A DNA stretch of 64,000 bases from Terriglobia bacterium (GTDB lineage Bacteria; Acidobacteriota; Polarisedimenticolia; Polarisedimenticolales; JAIQFR01): positions 73,984-137,983 of the forward strand of contig CAWBOP010000011.1 in the NCBI GenBank assembly GCA_963790465.1, written 5' to 3'. The position numbers and the translations under genes were made by a program. Below, piece after piece: positions 48,728-58,686 of this stretch. Under the pieces are notes generated by a model, which was not told where the DNA came from, made no database searches, and worked only from the letters and a program-made list of their open reading frames with translations. Numbering within the stretch: the stretch's first letter is position 1; every line of letters starts with the position of its first letter.

Positions 48728-49903
48728 TCAGGGCGTCTGCGACCCTGAACGAGAAGAGGTCTCCCTGCTCAACCATTTTCCCAAATGCGAAATGGAACAG
48801 ACATCGAATTCCAATCCGGCGACGGATCGGCGTTTGGGCTGGACGGCGTCCGACACAACCAAGAGGTTTTTTCCGCCCGGGTAGTAACGCCGGAAAGCCG
48901 CGACCGCATCGGCCGAAAACGTCCGTTCCTTCCATTTGCATTCGATGGCCAGGGGAGCGCGGCCGCGGGGCGCCAGCACAAAATCAATTTCGTGCCCCTG
49001 TTTCGTCCGCCAATACGAGGGCGCGTGCCCGTGGGCCAGGAGCTCATTCAGCACCAGGTGCTCCCAAAGCGGCCCGCAATCATCGGGCCGCAGAGTCTGC
49101 CAGCCACGGTAGTAACAGACGAAGCCGGTGTCAAAGGCATAGACCCTGGGTGCGGCGACGATCTCCGTCGTCTTGCGCGTGGAATAGGGCCGCACGCGGG
49201 TGGCCACGAACGTCGTTTCGAGCGCCGACAGGAAGTTGTGGATCGTCGGCCGGCTGACCTCGCAGTCCGCGGCGAAGCTGGTGGCCTCGAAAATGCCACC
49301 GCTCCGGGCAAAGATGAGCTCCACGAAACGGAGAAAGGCAAATCGCCGGTCGAACCGAAAAAGTGCCTGGATGTCTTTCGACCAGTACGAATCCATCCAA
49401 TCGGTGAAGTCCTCGTCCAAGGAGCGGGGGTGCATAAAAAACGGAGGCAGTCCGCCCTGCAGGAAACGGTGGGACAGGTCGGGCTGTCGAAAATCGAGCA
49501 GATCCTGCCAGATCATGGGCGTGAGATGAATCACCCGTTTTCGGTCGGTCAGCGTGTCGCGGAATTTTCGGGTCGCGGCAAGCGTGGAAGAACCGGTGGC
49601 CAGGATTCGAAGATGGGGAAAATGGTCGGCGGCGATCTTCAACAGCTCGGCCGGGTTCTTCAATCGGTGAATTTCATCGAAAACGATCCGTCGGCCTGTA
49701 ACGTGGCGGAAGAAGTCCTCCGGATCCTCAAGATCGCGTCGGACCCGAGGCAACTCGCAGTCGAGAAAGTTCGTCTCGCCCAAGCTCCTGGCCAAGAAGG
49801 TCTTGCCCGCCCTTCGAACACCGGCCAGCCAGACGATTGACTTTTGGCGCCAAGCCTGGGCGATCCTTTCCAACCAGAAGTCGCGTCTAACCATATGCAA
49901 CAT
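48728..49903 (-). CDS. AAA-family ATPase with DUF4143-type C-terminal domain
   Basis: Walker A GVRRAGKTFL, Walker B RIVFDEIH, 391 aa. Visibly lower G+C than the flanking genes. Confidence 0.85.
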   Translation of the reverse strand: MLHMVRRDFWLERIAQAWRQKSIVWLAGVRRAGKTFLARSLGETNFLDCELPRVRRDLEDPEDFFRHVTGRRIVFDEIHRLKNPAELLKIAADHFPHLRILATGSSTLAATRKFRDTLTDRKRVIHLTPMIWQDLLDFRQPDLSHRFLQGGLPPFFMHPRSLDEDFTDWMDSYWSKDIQALFRFDRRFAFLRFVELIFARSGGIFEATSFAADCEVSRPTIHNFLSALETTFVATRVRPYSTRKTTEIVAAPRVYAFDTGFVCYYRGWQTLRPDDCGPLWEHLVLNELLAHGHAPSYWRTKQGHEIDFVLAPRGRAPLAIECKWKERTFSADAVAAFRRYYPGGKNLLVVSDAVQPKRRSVAGLEFDVCSISHLGKWLSRETSSRSGSQTP

Positions 49904-50035
49904 GTTATACGATTGGTCATACCAAATGCAACACTTATTGCGTTTGGTAATTGGGCCGGAGTGGTGGCGCTATTTTCATCCTGCCTATCCCCACCGAGCC
50001 CGTCCTGTTTTTTGCTCGAAAAGCGTGCCGATCGC

Positions 50036-53000
50036 CTACGCGATCTTCCGCTCCCTGCCGGTCATGAACCAGAGCCGGCGGCCGAGCTTCTCCTGCAGGC
50101 TCTCCATGTAAGTGTAGACCACCGGCGTGACGAAGAGCGTCAGGGACTGCGAGACCAGCAGGCCGCCCACCACCGCGAGCCCGAGCGGGCGCCGCGCCTC
50201 GGCCCCCGCGCCCAACCCGAGCGCGATCGGGAGCGTGCCGAACAGCGCCGCCATGGTGGTCATCATGATCGGGCGGAACCGCACGACGCACGCCTCGTAG
50301 ATCGCGTCGGACGGGTTCTTCCCCTCCGCGCGCTGCACCTCGAGGGCGAAGTCGATCATGATGATCCCGTTCTTCTTCACGAGCCCCACCAGCATGATGA
50401 TGCCGACGAAGGCGTAGATGTTGAGGTCCACCTGGAAGAGCAGCAGCGTCAGGAGGGCGCCGAGCCCCGCGAGCGGCAGCGCCGACAGGATCGTGAGCGG
50501 ATGGATGAAGCTCTCGTAGAGGATCCCCAGGACCATGTAGATCACCAGGATCGCCAGGAGCAGCAGCAGGCCGAGCCCCTGCATCGAGGACTGGAACGCC
50601 TGCGCCGTCCCCTGGAAGGTCGCGCTGATCGTCGCCGGCAACGTGTCGCGCGCCATCCGGTTCACCTCGCCGGTGGCCTGGCCGAGGGCGATGCCGGGGC
50701 GCAGGTTGAACGACAGCGTGACCGACGGGATCTGCCCCGAGTGATTGACCGCCAGCGGGCCGAGCCCGGGCGTCATCGTGACCAGCGAGTCCAGCGGCAC
50801 CAGTCGCCCCGACGACGCCCGGACGTAGAGCAGCGACAGATCCAGGATGTCGGTCTGGAACTCCGGCTTCAGCTCCATGATGACCTGGTAGTCGTTGTTC
50901 GGCGCGTAGATCGTCGAGATCTGCCGGGTGCCGTACGCGGTGTAGAGCGCGTTCTCGATCGCGGCCGCGGTGACCCCCAGGGAGGCCGCCTTGTCCCGGT
51001 TGATGGCGATGTCGATCTGCGGGTTCCTGAGCAGGAGGTCGGTGCTGACGTCCACCAGCATCGGGTGAGCCCGCATCTTCGCCTCGAGTTGCGGCGCCGC
51101 CCTGTACATCTCGACGGTATCGGGACCGGTGAGCGTCAACTGGTACTGGCTTCGGGTCTGCCGCCCGCCGACCTGGATCGCCGGGGGGGATTGCACGAAC
51201 ACGCGCAGGCCGGGGATCGACGAAAGTTTCGGGCGCAGTTCCTCCACCACCTGGTCGGCGGTGAGAGCGCGCGCCGAGCGCGGCTTCAGGCGGGCGAAGA
51301 AGAACCCGGTGTTGGAGGCCCCCATCCCGCCGCGCCCTCCGGCGGAGGACATGAACGCCTCGATGTTGGGGTCGGCGCCTAGGATCCCGGCCACGGCCTT
51401 CTGGTGCTTCACCATGGCGTCGAAGGAGATCCCCTCGACCGCCTCCACCTGGCCGAAGATCTGGCCGATGTCCGTGGACGGGATGAACCCCTTGGGGATC
51501 GCGACGAACAGCACCCCGGTGAGCGAGGTGATCGCCACCGTGCCCGCGATCACGGTTCGACGGTGGCCGAGCGACCATCTCAGCCCGGTCTCGTAAACGG
51601 CAAGCATTCCGGAGAAGAACCGCTCGAAGAAGTTGTAAAGCGCGTGGTGCTCCACCTCCCTCGGGGGACGCAAGAACCGCGAGGAGAGCATCGGCGTCAG
51701 GGTCAGCGACACGAACCCCGAGATGAGCACCGACAGGCCGATCATCACCGAGAACTCCCGGAACAGCCGCCCGATGATCCCGCCCATGAACAGCACCGGG
51801 ATGAACACCGCCGCGAGCGACAGGGTCATCGACACGATCGTGAAGCCGATCTCCCGGGATCCCTCGAGCGCCGCGGCGAACGGCGGCTTCCCCTTCTCCA
51901 TGTGGCGGACGATGTTCTCGAGCATGACGATGGCGTCGTCCACCACGAACCCCACCGACAGCGTGAGAGCCATGAGCGAGAGGTTGTCGAGCGAGTAGCC
52001 GAGCAGCTGCATGACCGCGAAGGTGCCGACGATGGACATCGGCATCGCGAGCGACGGGATCACGGTGGCCGAGAGGTTCCGCAGGAACAGGAAGATGACC
52101 AGGACGACGAGCGCCAGGGTGACGAGCAGCGTGGTCTTGACGTCGGTGACGGATTCGTCGATGGAGAGGGAGCGGTCGAACAGCACGTTGAGGGAGACGC
52201 TGGCGGGGAGCTGCCCCACGAAGGTCGGAAGGAGCTGCTTGACCCGGCTCGCGACCTCGACGGTGTTGGTGCCGGGCTGCCTCTGGATCGCCAGGACGAT
52301 CCCCCGCTGATTCACGAACCAGGCGGCTGTCTTGTTGTTCTCGACGCCGTCGGTCACATTCCCCAGCTCTTCCAGGCGGACCGGCTTGCCGCCACGGTAG
52401 GCGACCACCAACGGGCGGTAGGCCGCCGCCCGCGTCAGCTGTCCCTGGGTCGTCAGGGTGTAGGCCTTGTCCGGCCCGTACAGGATCCCCGAAGGAAGAT
52501 TGACGTTCGCCGCCTGGACGGCCTGCGACACCTCGTCGATCCCCAGGCCGCGGGTCGCCAGCGCCCTCGGATCGAGCTGGATGCGCACGGCGTATTTCTG
52601 GGCGCCGTAGACCAGCACCTGCGCGACGCCGGTGACCGTGGAGATCCGCTGGGCCATCATGGTTTCGCCGAACTCGTCCAGGTCGTACAGCGGCAGCGTC
52701 GGCGAGGTGAGCGCGAGGAAGAGGATCGGCTGGTCGGCCGGATTCACCTTCTGGTAGGTGGGGGGGTACGGCATGTCCGGGGGGAGCTGCCGGCTGGCGC
52801 GCGCGATGGCGGCCTGGACGTCCTGCGCCGCCGCGTCGATGTCGCGGCTCAGGTTGAACTGCAGCACGATGTTGGTGTTCCCCAGCGCGCTCGACGAGCT
52901 CATCGAGTCGACGCCGGCGATGGTGGAGAGCTCCTTCTCGAGCGGCGTCGCCACCGACGAAGCCATCGTGTCCGGGTTGGCGCCCGGAAGCGCGGCGGAC

Positions 53001-53140
53001 ACGGAGAGGGTCGGGAAGTCCACGTTCGGAAGATCGCTCACCGGCAGGAGCCGGTAGGCCATCGTGCCGAAGATCAGAATCCCCCCCATCACGATCGTCG
53101 TCATGATGGGGCGCCGGATGAACAGCTCGGAAACGTTCAT
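50036..53140 (-). CDS. RND efflux transporter permease (AcrB/MexB family)
   Basis: 1034 aa, MNVSELFIRRPIMTTIVM..., 12-TM/two-large-loop architecture with typical HAE1 motifs. Confidence 0.95.
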   Translation of the reverse strand: MNVSELFIRRPIMTTIVMGGILIFGTMAYRLLPVSDLPNVDFPTLSVSAALPGANPDTMASSVATPLEKELSTIAGVDSMSSSSALGNTNIVLQFNLSRDIDAAAQDVQAAIARASRQLPPDMPYPPTYQKVNPADQPILFLALTSPTLPLYDLDEFGETMMAQRISTVTGVAQVLVYGAQKYAVRIQLDPRALATRGLGIDEVSQAVQAANVNLPSGILYGPDKAYTLTTQGQLTRAAAYRPLVVAYRGGKPVRLEELGNVTDGVENNKTAAWFVNQRGIVLAIQRQPGTNTVEVASRVKQLLPTFVGQLPASVSLNVLFDRSLSIDESVTDVKTTLLVTLALVVLVIFLFLRNLSATVIPSLAMPMSIVGTFAVMQLLGYSLDNLSLMALTLSVGFVVDDAIVMLENIVRHMEKGKPPFAAALEGSREIGFTIVSMTLSLAAVFIPVLFMGGIIGRLFREFSVMIGLSVLISGFVSLTLTPMLSSRFLRPPREVEHHALYNFFERFFSGMLAVYETGLRWSLGHRRTVIAGTVAITSLTGVLFVAIPKGFIPSTDIGQIFGQVEAVEGISFDAMVKHQKAVAGILGADPNIEAFMSSAGGRGGMGASNTGFFFARLKPRSARALTADQVVEELRPKLSSIPGLRVFVQSPPAIQVGGRQTRSQYQLTLTGPDTVEMYRAAPQLEAKMRAHPMLVDVSTDLLLRNPQIDIAINRDKAASLGVTAAAIENALYTAYGTRQISTIYAPNNDYQVIMELKPEFQTDILDLSLLYVRASSGRLVPLDSLVTMTPGLGPLAVNHSGQIPSVTLSFNLRPGIALGQATGEVNRMARDTLPATISATFQGTAQAFQSSMQGLGLLLLLAILVIYMVLGILYESFIHPLTILSALPLAGLGALLTLLLFQVDLNIYAFVGIIMLVGLVKKNGIIMIDFALEVQRAEGKNPSDAIYEACVVRFRPIMMTTMAALFGTLPIALGLGAGAEARRPLGLAVVGGLLVSQSLTLFVTPVVYTYMESLQEKLGRRLWFMTGRERKIA

Positions 53141-54267
53141 GACGGAGAGACCCCAGCGCCCGGCGCCGCCCCGACGATCACCCGCGAGCCCGGCGCGAGG
53201 CGGAGTTGCCCGTCGGTGACCACGGTCTCGTCGGCCACGAGTCCTTCGGCGATCACCGCCTCGACCTCATCCATCCGGGCGACCTTGACCGGGCGCATCT
53301 CCGCGGTGCCGTCCCCCTTCACCACGAAGACGTACGCCCCCTGCTGCCCGGTCTGGACGGCCGTCGACGGCACCACGACGCGGTCCGGCTCCTCCCCCAG
53401 CGTCACCAGCACGTCCACGAAGGCGCCCGGCCACAGAGCCTCGTCGACGTTCGGGAACGTCGCCTTGAGGAGCACCGTGCTCGTGGCGGTGTCCACCGCG
53501 TTGTCCACGAACGTGAGCGTCCCCTCCTGCGGCCCGGCCGATCCCTGAGGCGGCGTGGCGGTCACCTTGAGCCGCTCCCCCTTGCGCCGGTTGACCTCCG
53601 GCAGGAGCTGCGCCGGCACCGAGAAGCCGACGTGGATCGGGCGGGTCTGGTTCAAGGTCACCATGGGATCGTCGCCGTTGGCCTTGATCAGGTTCCCCGC
53701 CTTCACCGCCAGGCTACCGGTGCGGCCGGCGACCGGCGCCTTGATCGTGCAGTAACCGACCTGCAGCCGCGCGTCGTCCACGCTCGCCCGGTCGGCGGTG
53801 ACGGTCGCCCGCAACGACTCGGCGCCGGCCACCATCCCGTCGTACTGCTCCCGGGTCACGTAGTCTTTCCTCACGAGCTCGGCGTACCGCTCGACGTCCA
53901 CGTCGGCCTTGCGCAGCAGCGCCTGGTCCCGCGCGAGTCGCGCCTCGGCCTGCCGCTGCGCGGCCTCGTACGTGCGCGGATCGATGACGAACAGCGTCTC
54001 CCCGGCGCGAACGTCCTGCCCCTCCAGGAACCCCACGCTCGTCAGCTCCCCCCCGATGCGGGCGCGCACCGCCACGGTGGAGATCGCCTCCACGTGCCCG
54101 ATGGCGCGGAACTGGAGAGGGACGGTCTTCAGGACCGCCTTGGCGACGGTCACCGGGACCGGGGGCTGTGCCCGTTGCGGCGGCTTCCCGCCGCAGCCCG
54201 CGACGGCCAGCGCGAGGGCGGGGACGAGGGCCGCGAGCACCTGCTGCCTCGTGACGATCCGCATCAT
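53137..54267 (-). CDS. RND efflux periplasmic adaptor (MFP) lipoprotein
   Basis: MMRIVTRQQVLAALVPALALAVAGC lipobox, then HlyD-like hairpin and beta-barrel regions. The stop overlaps the RND start. Confidence 0.9.
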   Translation of the reverse strand: MMRIVTRQQVLAALVPALALAVAGCGGKPPQRAQPPVPVTVAKAVLKTVPLQFRAIGHVEAISTVAVRARIGGELTSVGFLEGQDVRAGETLFVIDPRTYEAAQRQAEARLARDQALLRKADVDVERYAELVRKDYVTREQYDGMVAGAESLRATVTADRASVDDARLQVGYCTIKAPVAGRTGSLAVKAGNLIKANGDDPMVTLNQTRPIHVGFSVPAQLLPEVNRRKGERLKVTATPPQGSAGPQEGTLTFVDNAVDTATSTVLLKATFPNVDEALWPGAFVDVLVTLGEEPDRVVVPSTAVQTGQQGAYVFVVKGDGTAEMRPVKVARMDEVEAVIAEGLVADETVVTDGQLRLAPGSRVIVGAAPGAGVSPS

Positions 54268-55742
54268 GGCTTTCCTCTCGTCGTTTCGTCGATGGTTGGA
54301 GGATCGGCCTGCGGCTTGCCGGAAGGTGGCCAGAGCGTCCCGGTGTCGCGGGCGAGTTGGGCGAGCGACAAGAACCAGTCCGATCTCGCCGCGACCTGCT
54401 GCGCCCGCGCGGACGAAAGCGTTCCCTGGGCCACGAGGAGATCGATGATGCCGCCGACCCCCGCCTTGTACCGCCCCAAGGCGACTTCCTCGGATTGCGC
54501 CGCGCTCTCGACGAGGGTGGCGAGGGTCTTCACTCTCGCCGCCGCGGTCTCGAGGGCGTAGTAGCTTCGCCACACCTCGTACACGGCCCGCTGCTGGAGC
54601 GATTCGAGCTGCGCCTGGGACCGCTCCGCATCGGCGCGCGCCTCCATCATCTTGTACCGCTGGGAGAACCCGGTGAAGACCGGGATCCTGAGGAGCAGCC
54701 CGGTGGAATACGTGTCCTGGCGCACGCCGTCGCTGCCGTACCAGATCCGCCCGGCCTGTCCGCTAAGATCAACGGTGGGGCGTCCCTGAGAGCGAACCTT
54801 GACGATGTGGCTCCGCGCCTTCGCCGCGAGGGACCTGGCGGCGGCGAGGTCGGGGCGGCGGGCCTCGGCCTCCTCGATCAGACGGTCCACGTCGCTCGAG
54901 ACCTGCTCGAGCGGGAGATCGCCTGACGGCGCCGCCACGTCGAACGGAGTGTTCACGGGAAGGCCGACGGCGGTCGCGAGCGCTCCCTTGATCGTCTGGA
55001 TCTGCCCCTCCACGGTGTCCAGCCCCAGTTGCGCCTGGGAGAGCGCCGTTCTCGCCTGCAGGACGTCGGCGAGGGTCGCGACCCCGGCCTGGTGCCGCTG
55101 CTCGGCGGCGTCGAGGTGGGTCCTTGCCTCCTTCACGCTCGCCTGTTCGGCCTCGAGGAGCGCCCGCGCCTCCACGTACTGGAAGTAGGCCTGCTCGACC
55201 CCGAGCGCGACGTCCTGGATCGCCGCGTTGTGGTACGCGTCGGCGGCGATCAGGGCCAGCCGGGCCTCCTCCACCGAGGCGTTCCTCCCGCCGAGGTCGA
55301 ACAGCAGGTAGTCGACCAGCAGGGTGGGGCCGAAGCTGGTCTGCTGGAAGACGATCGTCCCGCCCGCCGCCGCCCCTTTCACCCGGCCGGCGCTCGCGTC
55401 GATCTCGACGCGCGGGTAGAAGGCCCCGCGCTCGCTCCCTAACGCCGCGGCGGCGGAGCGGGCCGCGGCCCAGGCCGCGCGGGTGTCCGGGCTGTTCCGG
55501 AGCGCCAGGTTCATCAGGTGGCCGAGCGACCAGTGCTGGGCCTCCGCGAGGAGTTCGGGAGGGATCGCCGCGGGCGGCAACGTTTTCGACGTGGGCATGC
55601 GGGTGCCCGGCGGCGGCGTCCAGATCTCCCCGGGCGAGGGAGAGGTTCCGGGTCCCGTACGAAGCTCGGACCTCGTCGTGGCGCAGCCGGCGACCACCAG
55701 CGCGACCGCGACGACGGCGAACACTCCTGGATTCCGTCGCAT
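54264..55742 (-). CDS. Outer membrane efflux protein (TolC/OprM-like OMF) lipoprotein
   Basis: MRRNPGVFAVVAVALVVAGC lipobox, two OEP repeats. The stop overlaps the MFP start (ATGA). Confidence 0.85.
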   Translation of the reverse strand: MRRNPGVFAVVAVALVVAGCATTRSELRTGPGTSPSPGEIWTPPPGTRMPTSKTLPPAAIPPELLAEAQHWSLGHLMNLALRNSPDTRAAWAAARSAAAALGSERGAFYPRVEIDASAGRVKGAAAGGTIVFQQTSFGPTLLVDYLLFDLGGRNASVEEARLALIAADAYHNAAIQDVALGVEQAYFQYVEARALLEAEQASVKEARTHLDAAEQRHQAGVATLADVLQARTALSQAQLGLDTVEGQIQTIKGALATAVGLPVNTPFDVAAPSGDLPLEQVSSDVDRLIEEAEARRPDLAAARSLAAKARSHIVKVRSQGRPTVDLSGQAGRIWYGSDGVRQDTYSTGLLLRIPVFTGFSQRYKMMEARADAERSQAQLESLQQRAVYEVWRSYYALETAAARVKTLATLVESAAQSEEVALGRYKAGVGGIIDLLVAQGTLSSARAQQVAARSDWFLSLAQLARDTGTLWPPSGKPQADPPTIDETTRGKP

Positions 55743-55881
55743 GGACCGGCCTCCGATCCGCGAGCTTGTCATCGCGCTCTCCACGACGTCGAGGACGACG
55801 GGTCGCTGCCGGTTTCCGCGGCGCCGAAACGTATCCCCGCGGCGGAGAAGCGAACGCCAGGGCTGGCGGCCATGGCGAAGA

Positions 55882-57354
55882 TCAGGACTCGCGGTCGCGT
55901 TTTTTTTCGAACGCGCTCTTCAAGGCGTCGCCCAGGCTTGTTCCGAAGGAAGCGCCCGGCTGCGCCGGAACCTCCTCCTCGCGAGGCCTGCGATCCCTCG
56001 CGGAGGGGGCAGGCCGATCCGGGCCGGCGGAGGGCGCCCGGCCGCGGCGCGGCGGCGCCTCGTCCCCTGCCGCGGTCGCGGCCTCGTCCATCGTCAGGCG
56101 GATCCGGCGGCCGCCGTCCACGACCTCGACCAGCGTGACCTCGACGTCCTGGCCCACGGGGAAATGCCGGACGAGATCCGTCCCTCTCGGGGTTCCCGTC
56201 CAGACGTTCGGGACCAGGCCGACCTGCCCCGGAGCGAGCCAGACGAAGACGCCGAACCTCTCCACCTTCTGGACCTTGCCGCGAAGCTTCGCCCCCGCCT
56301 CGAGACTCAGCGGTTCGGCCGCGGCGCCGCCGGCCGGAACGGGCGCGAGGCTCATTCTCCACCGGTCGGGCTCCACGGATACGACGACCCAGTCGCGGCT
56401 CGCGCCGCACTCGAGGCCGTCGTGCCACCCGCCGGCCGCCGGGGGAAAATCTCGCGCCGCGGCGAGAGCCTCGATGCCGGGCTCCAACTCGACGAAAGCG
56501 CCGAAATCGGAAAGGCGCGCCACGGTGCCCGTGCAGACCCTCCCGACGGGATACCGCGAGGCGACCCCCTTCCACGGATCCTCCTGCGCCTGCCGGATGC
56601 TCAGCGAGATCCGCCCGGTCCCGGATTCGAGTCGGAGGATGCGAACCGAAACGCGGTCGCCCACGTGCAGAAGGTCGGAGGCGTCGACGACACGCGCGGT
56701 GCTGATCTCCGAGACGTGCACGAGGCCCGTGACCCCGGCGCCGAGATCGACGAATGCGCCGAAGTCCGCGAGGCGCGCCACGCGCCCTTCCGTGACCGTT
56801 CCCTCGATGAGAGTCGCGCGGACCGCCTTCGCCTCCTCGACGCGGTCGGCCTCGAGGAGCGCACGCCGGGAAACCACGACGTCGTCCCCACCGTGACGCA
56901 TCTGGAGGATCTTGAACTTGAACGTCTTGCCGATCTGTTCTTCCGGGGTATCGACTCGATGCAGATCGATCTGGGAGTGCGGGCAGAAGCCGCGACACTT
57001 CCCCACCTGCACCTCGTACCCCCCCTTGATCACCTTCTCGACCGTCCCGTCCACCGCGAGTCCCGCCCGGAACGCCCGCGCGATCGCAGGGTCCCGTGGT
57101 TTCCGACGAGGCGGCCTGGCGTGCGGCGCGCGCTCGCCGGCGGGCGACGACACCGCTTCCCCGTCGTGCGGAACCGCCTCTTCGCCAGGCGCCCCGGCGG
57201 CGCCGACGTCGACCTCCACGGTGCTCGCGTCGACAGACGCGTTGTCTTCCGACATCTCTGGAAGCGGGGTGGAGGACTCGGAAGGACCGGCCTCCGGCTC
57301 GGGTGTGACGGTCGAATCGTCGGTCACGGCATACCTCTCAGCGCTTCTTCGCAT
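55882..57354 (-). CDS. S1 RNA-binding domain protein (four S1 motifs) with acidic N- and basic C-terminal tails
   Basis: GTVEKVIKGGYEVQVG, GRVARLADFGAFVDLGAGVTGLVHVSEIS, GTVARLSDFGAFVELEPGIEAL, GKVQKVERFGVFVWLAPGQVGLV. Start uncertain (ATG 57354 or downstream Met). Confidence 0.75.
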   Translation of the reverse strand: MRRSAERYAVTDDSTVTPEPEAGPSESSTPLPEMSEDNASVDASTVEVDVGAAGAPGEEAVPHDGEAVSSPAGERAPHARPPRRKPRDPAIARAFRAGLAVDGTVEKVIKGGYEVQVGKCRGFCPHSQIDLHRVDTPEEQIGKTFKFKILQMRHGGDDVVVSRRALLEADRVEEAKAVRATLIEGTVTEGRVARLADFGAFVDLGAGVTGLVHVSEISTARVVDASDLLHVGDRVSVRILRLESGTGRISLSIRQAQEDPWKGVASRYPVGRVCTGTVARLSDFGAFVELEPGIEALAAARDFPPAAGGWHDGLECGASRDWVVVSVEPDRWRMSLAPVPAGGAAAEPLSLEAGAKLRGKVQKVERFGVFVWLAPGQVGLVPNVWTGTPRGTDLVRHFPVGQDVEVTLVEVVDGGRRIRLTMDEAATAAGDEAPPRRGRAPSAGPDRPAPSARDRRPREEEVPAQPGASFGTSLGDALKSAFEKKRDRES

Positions 57355-57579
57355 CCGGCCGCCCTCGGCCTGGCCGGGTTACCCATCGCGGTTCCCGGCG
57401 AAAGCTCAGGACGGGATGCTCCGGTGAACCCTCCCATTGTGCCACAAATGGGGCCGCGCTTCCTGGTGTACCCTACCGGGCGCACCCGAGGAGGCCCAAC
57501 CGCGGTGGGAAAAAGACCTCTTGCCAGGATCCCGGTCGAGCCCCTGCCGGAAGGGCAGGCCCGTCCCAGGGCGGGTTGG

Positions 57580-58686
57580 ATGCGCCGGCTCTACATGACC
57601 CTTCGCACCGAGCACACCACGCCGGGAAAGGTGGCGGCGGCCGTGGCCCTCGGGGTCTTTGTGGGGTGCTCGCCTTTCTGGGGGCTCCATCTCGCGATCG
57701 CCCTGCTGCTGGCGACCGTTCTCAGGCTCAACCGGGTGATGGTCTATGCCGCGACGAACCTGGCGAATCCGATCACCGCGACGCCGCTGATCTTCGCCGA
57801 GGTTCAGGTCGGCCACCGCCTGTTACGGGGGACCTGGATCGGCCTCACGATGGACGAGATCATCCAGGAGGGAGTCACCGGTATCTTCCGTGACTTCTTC
57901 ATGGGAAGCCTCGTCGTCGGGGGCGGCCTCGCGCTGCTCCTCGGCTTCGCGGCCTGGTTGATCGCGCGCGCCGGAAGGCTCCCTCACGACTATCAGAGCC
58001 GGGTGGACGCCATCGTCCGCCGATACCTCGACGTGTCGATTCGTGACGCGGAGGGAGCGCGATTCCCTCTCGTCAACGATCCTCTCCTCCCCTACCTCGC
58101 CGAAGAGCCTGCTTTCGTCGAGGCGCGGCGGGTCCTCGACCTCGGCTGCGGACGCGGCGTCGTCGCCGCGCTGCTCGCGGGGGTGCAGGACGGCTTCGCC
58201 GGCCGGCGGTCGTATCTGGGGGTGGACGTGTCGAAGAGGCACGTTCGCGCCGCCCGCGAGGCGCTCCACGACCTGCCGGACGTTTCGTTCGCCGCCACCG
58301 ACCTGCGCGATTTCGATCCACCGGCGGCCGACTTCGTCCTGGCCTTGGACGTTCTGCGATTTCTCCCGCTGAGTTCGCAGGATGCGCTCCTGAGGCGGCT
58401 CGGGCGCGCGCTCCAACCGGGCGCCACGCTGCTCGTCAGGGAAGTGGACGCGACGGCGGGAGCCCGATTCCGGTGGCGGGCCTTGCTCGACTTCCTGTCG
58501 TTGCTCCTGCCCGGCCGGCCGCACCACAGGCTGAGGTACCGGCGCGCCGCCGACCTGAGGAACGCTCTCGTGGCGGCGGGGTTCGAAGTGCGCGACCGGA
58601 CGACGATCCGCTCCTCTTCGCCGGCCGTCGTGCTGTTCGAGGCCGTACGGAAGCCCGCGGCGGTCTCCCGCGCCGGCACGCCGTGA
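57580..58686 (+). CDS. DUF2062-like membrane domain fused to a class I SAM-dependent methyltransferase
   Basis: TPGKVAAAVALGVFVGCSPFWGLHLAIALLLA...ANPITATPLIFAEVQVG (DUF2062-like), then VLDLGCGRGVVAALLA (SAM motif I). Only the last 368 codons of ORF 55483..58686 look coding. Confidence 0.7.
   Translation: MRRLYMTLRTEHTTPGKVAAAVALGVFVGCSPFWGLHLAIALLLATVLRLNRVMVYAATNLANPITATPLIFAEVQVGHRLLRGTWIGLTMDEIIQEGVTGIFRDFFMGSLVVGGGLALLLGFAAWLIARAGRLPHDYQSRVDAIVRRYLDVSIRDAEGARFPLVNDPLLPYLAEEPAFVEARRVLDLGCGRGVVAALLAGVQDGFAGRRSYLGVDVSKRHVRAAREALHDLPDVSFAATDLRDFDPPAADFVLALDVLRFLPLSSQDALLRRLGRALQPGATLLVREVDATAGARFRWRALLDFLSLLLPGRPHHRLRYRRAADLRNALVAAGFEVRDRTTIRSSSPAVVLFEAVRKPAAVSRAGTP

Noticed and set aside
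46500-50035. Prophage or integrative element
   Set aside because: There is no integrase or recombinase, no phage structural genes, no tRNA target, and I found no flanking direct repeats. Only TA- and defence-type cargo with lower G+C is present.
50036-55742. RND efflux operon as a candidate novel system
   Set aside because: It is a standard OMF-MFP-RND tripartite organisation with lipobox signals and overlapping stops and starts. Nothing unusual was seen.
55483-57579. The N-terminal roughly 700 codons of ORF 55483..58686 as a real 1,067-aa protein
   Set aside because: This part overlaps the OMF and S1-domain genes on the opposite strand and is low-complexity Arg/Gly/Pro sequence. Recognisable domains begin only at about 57580.
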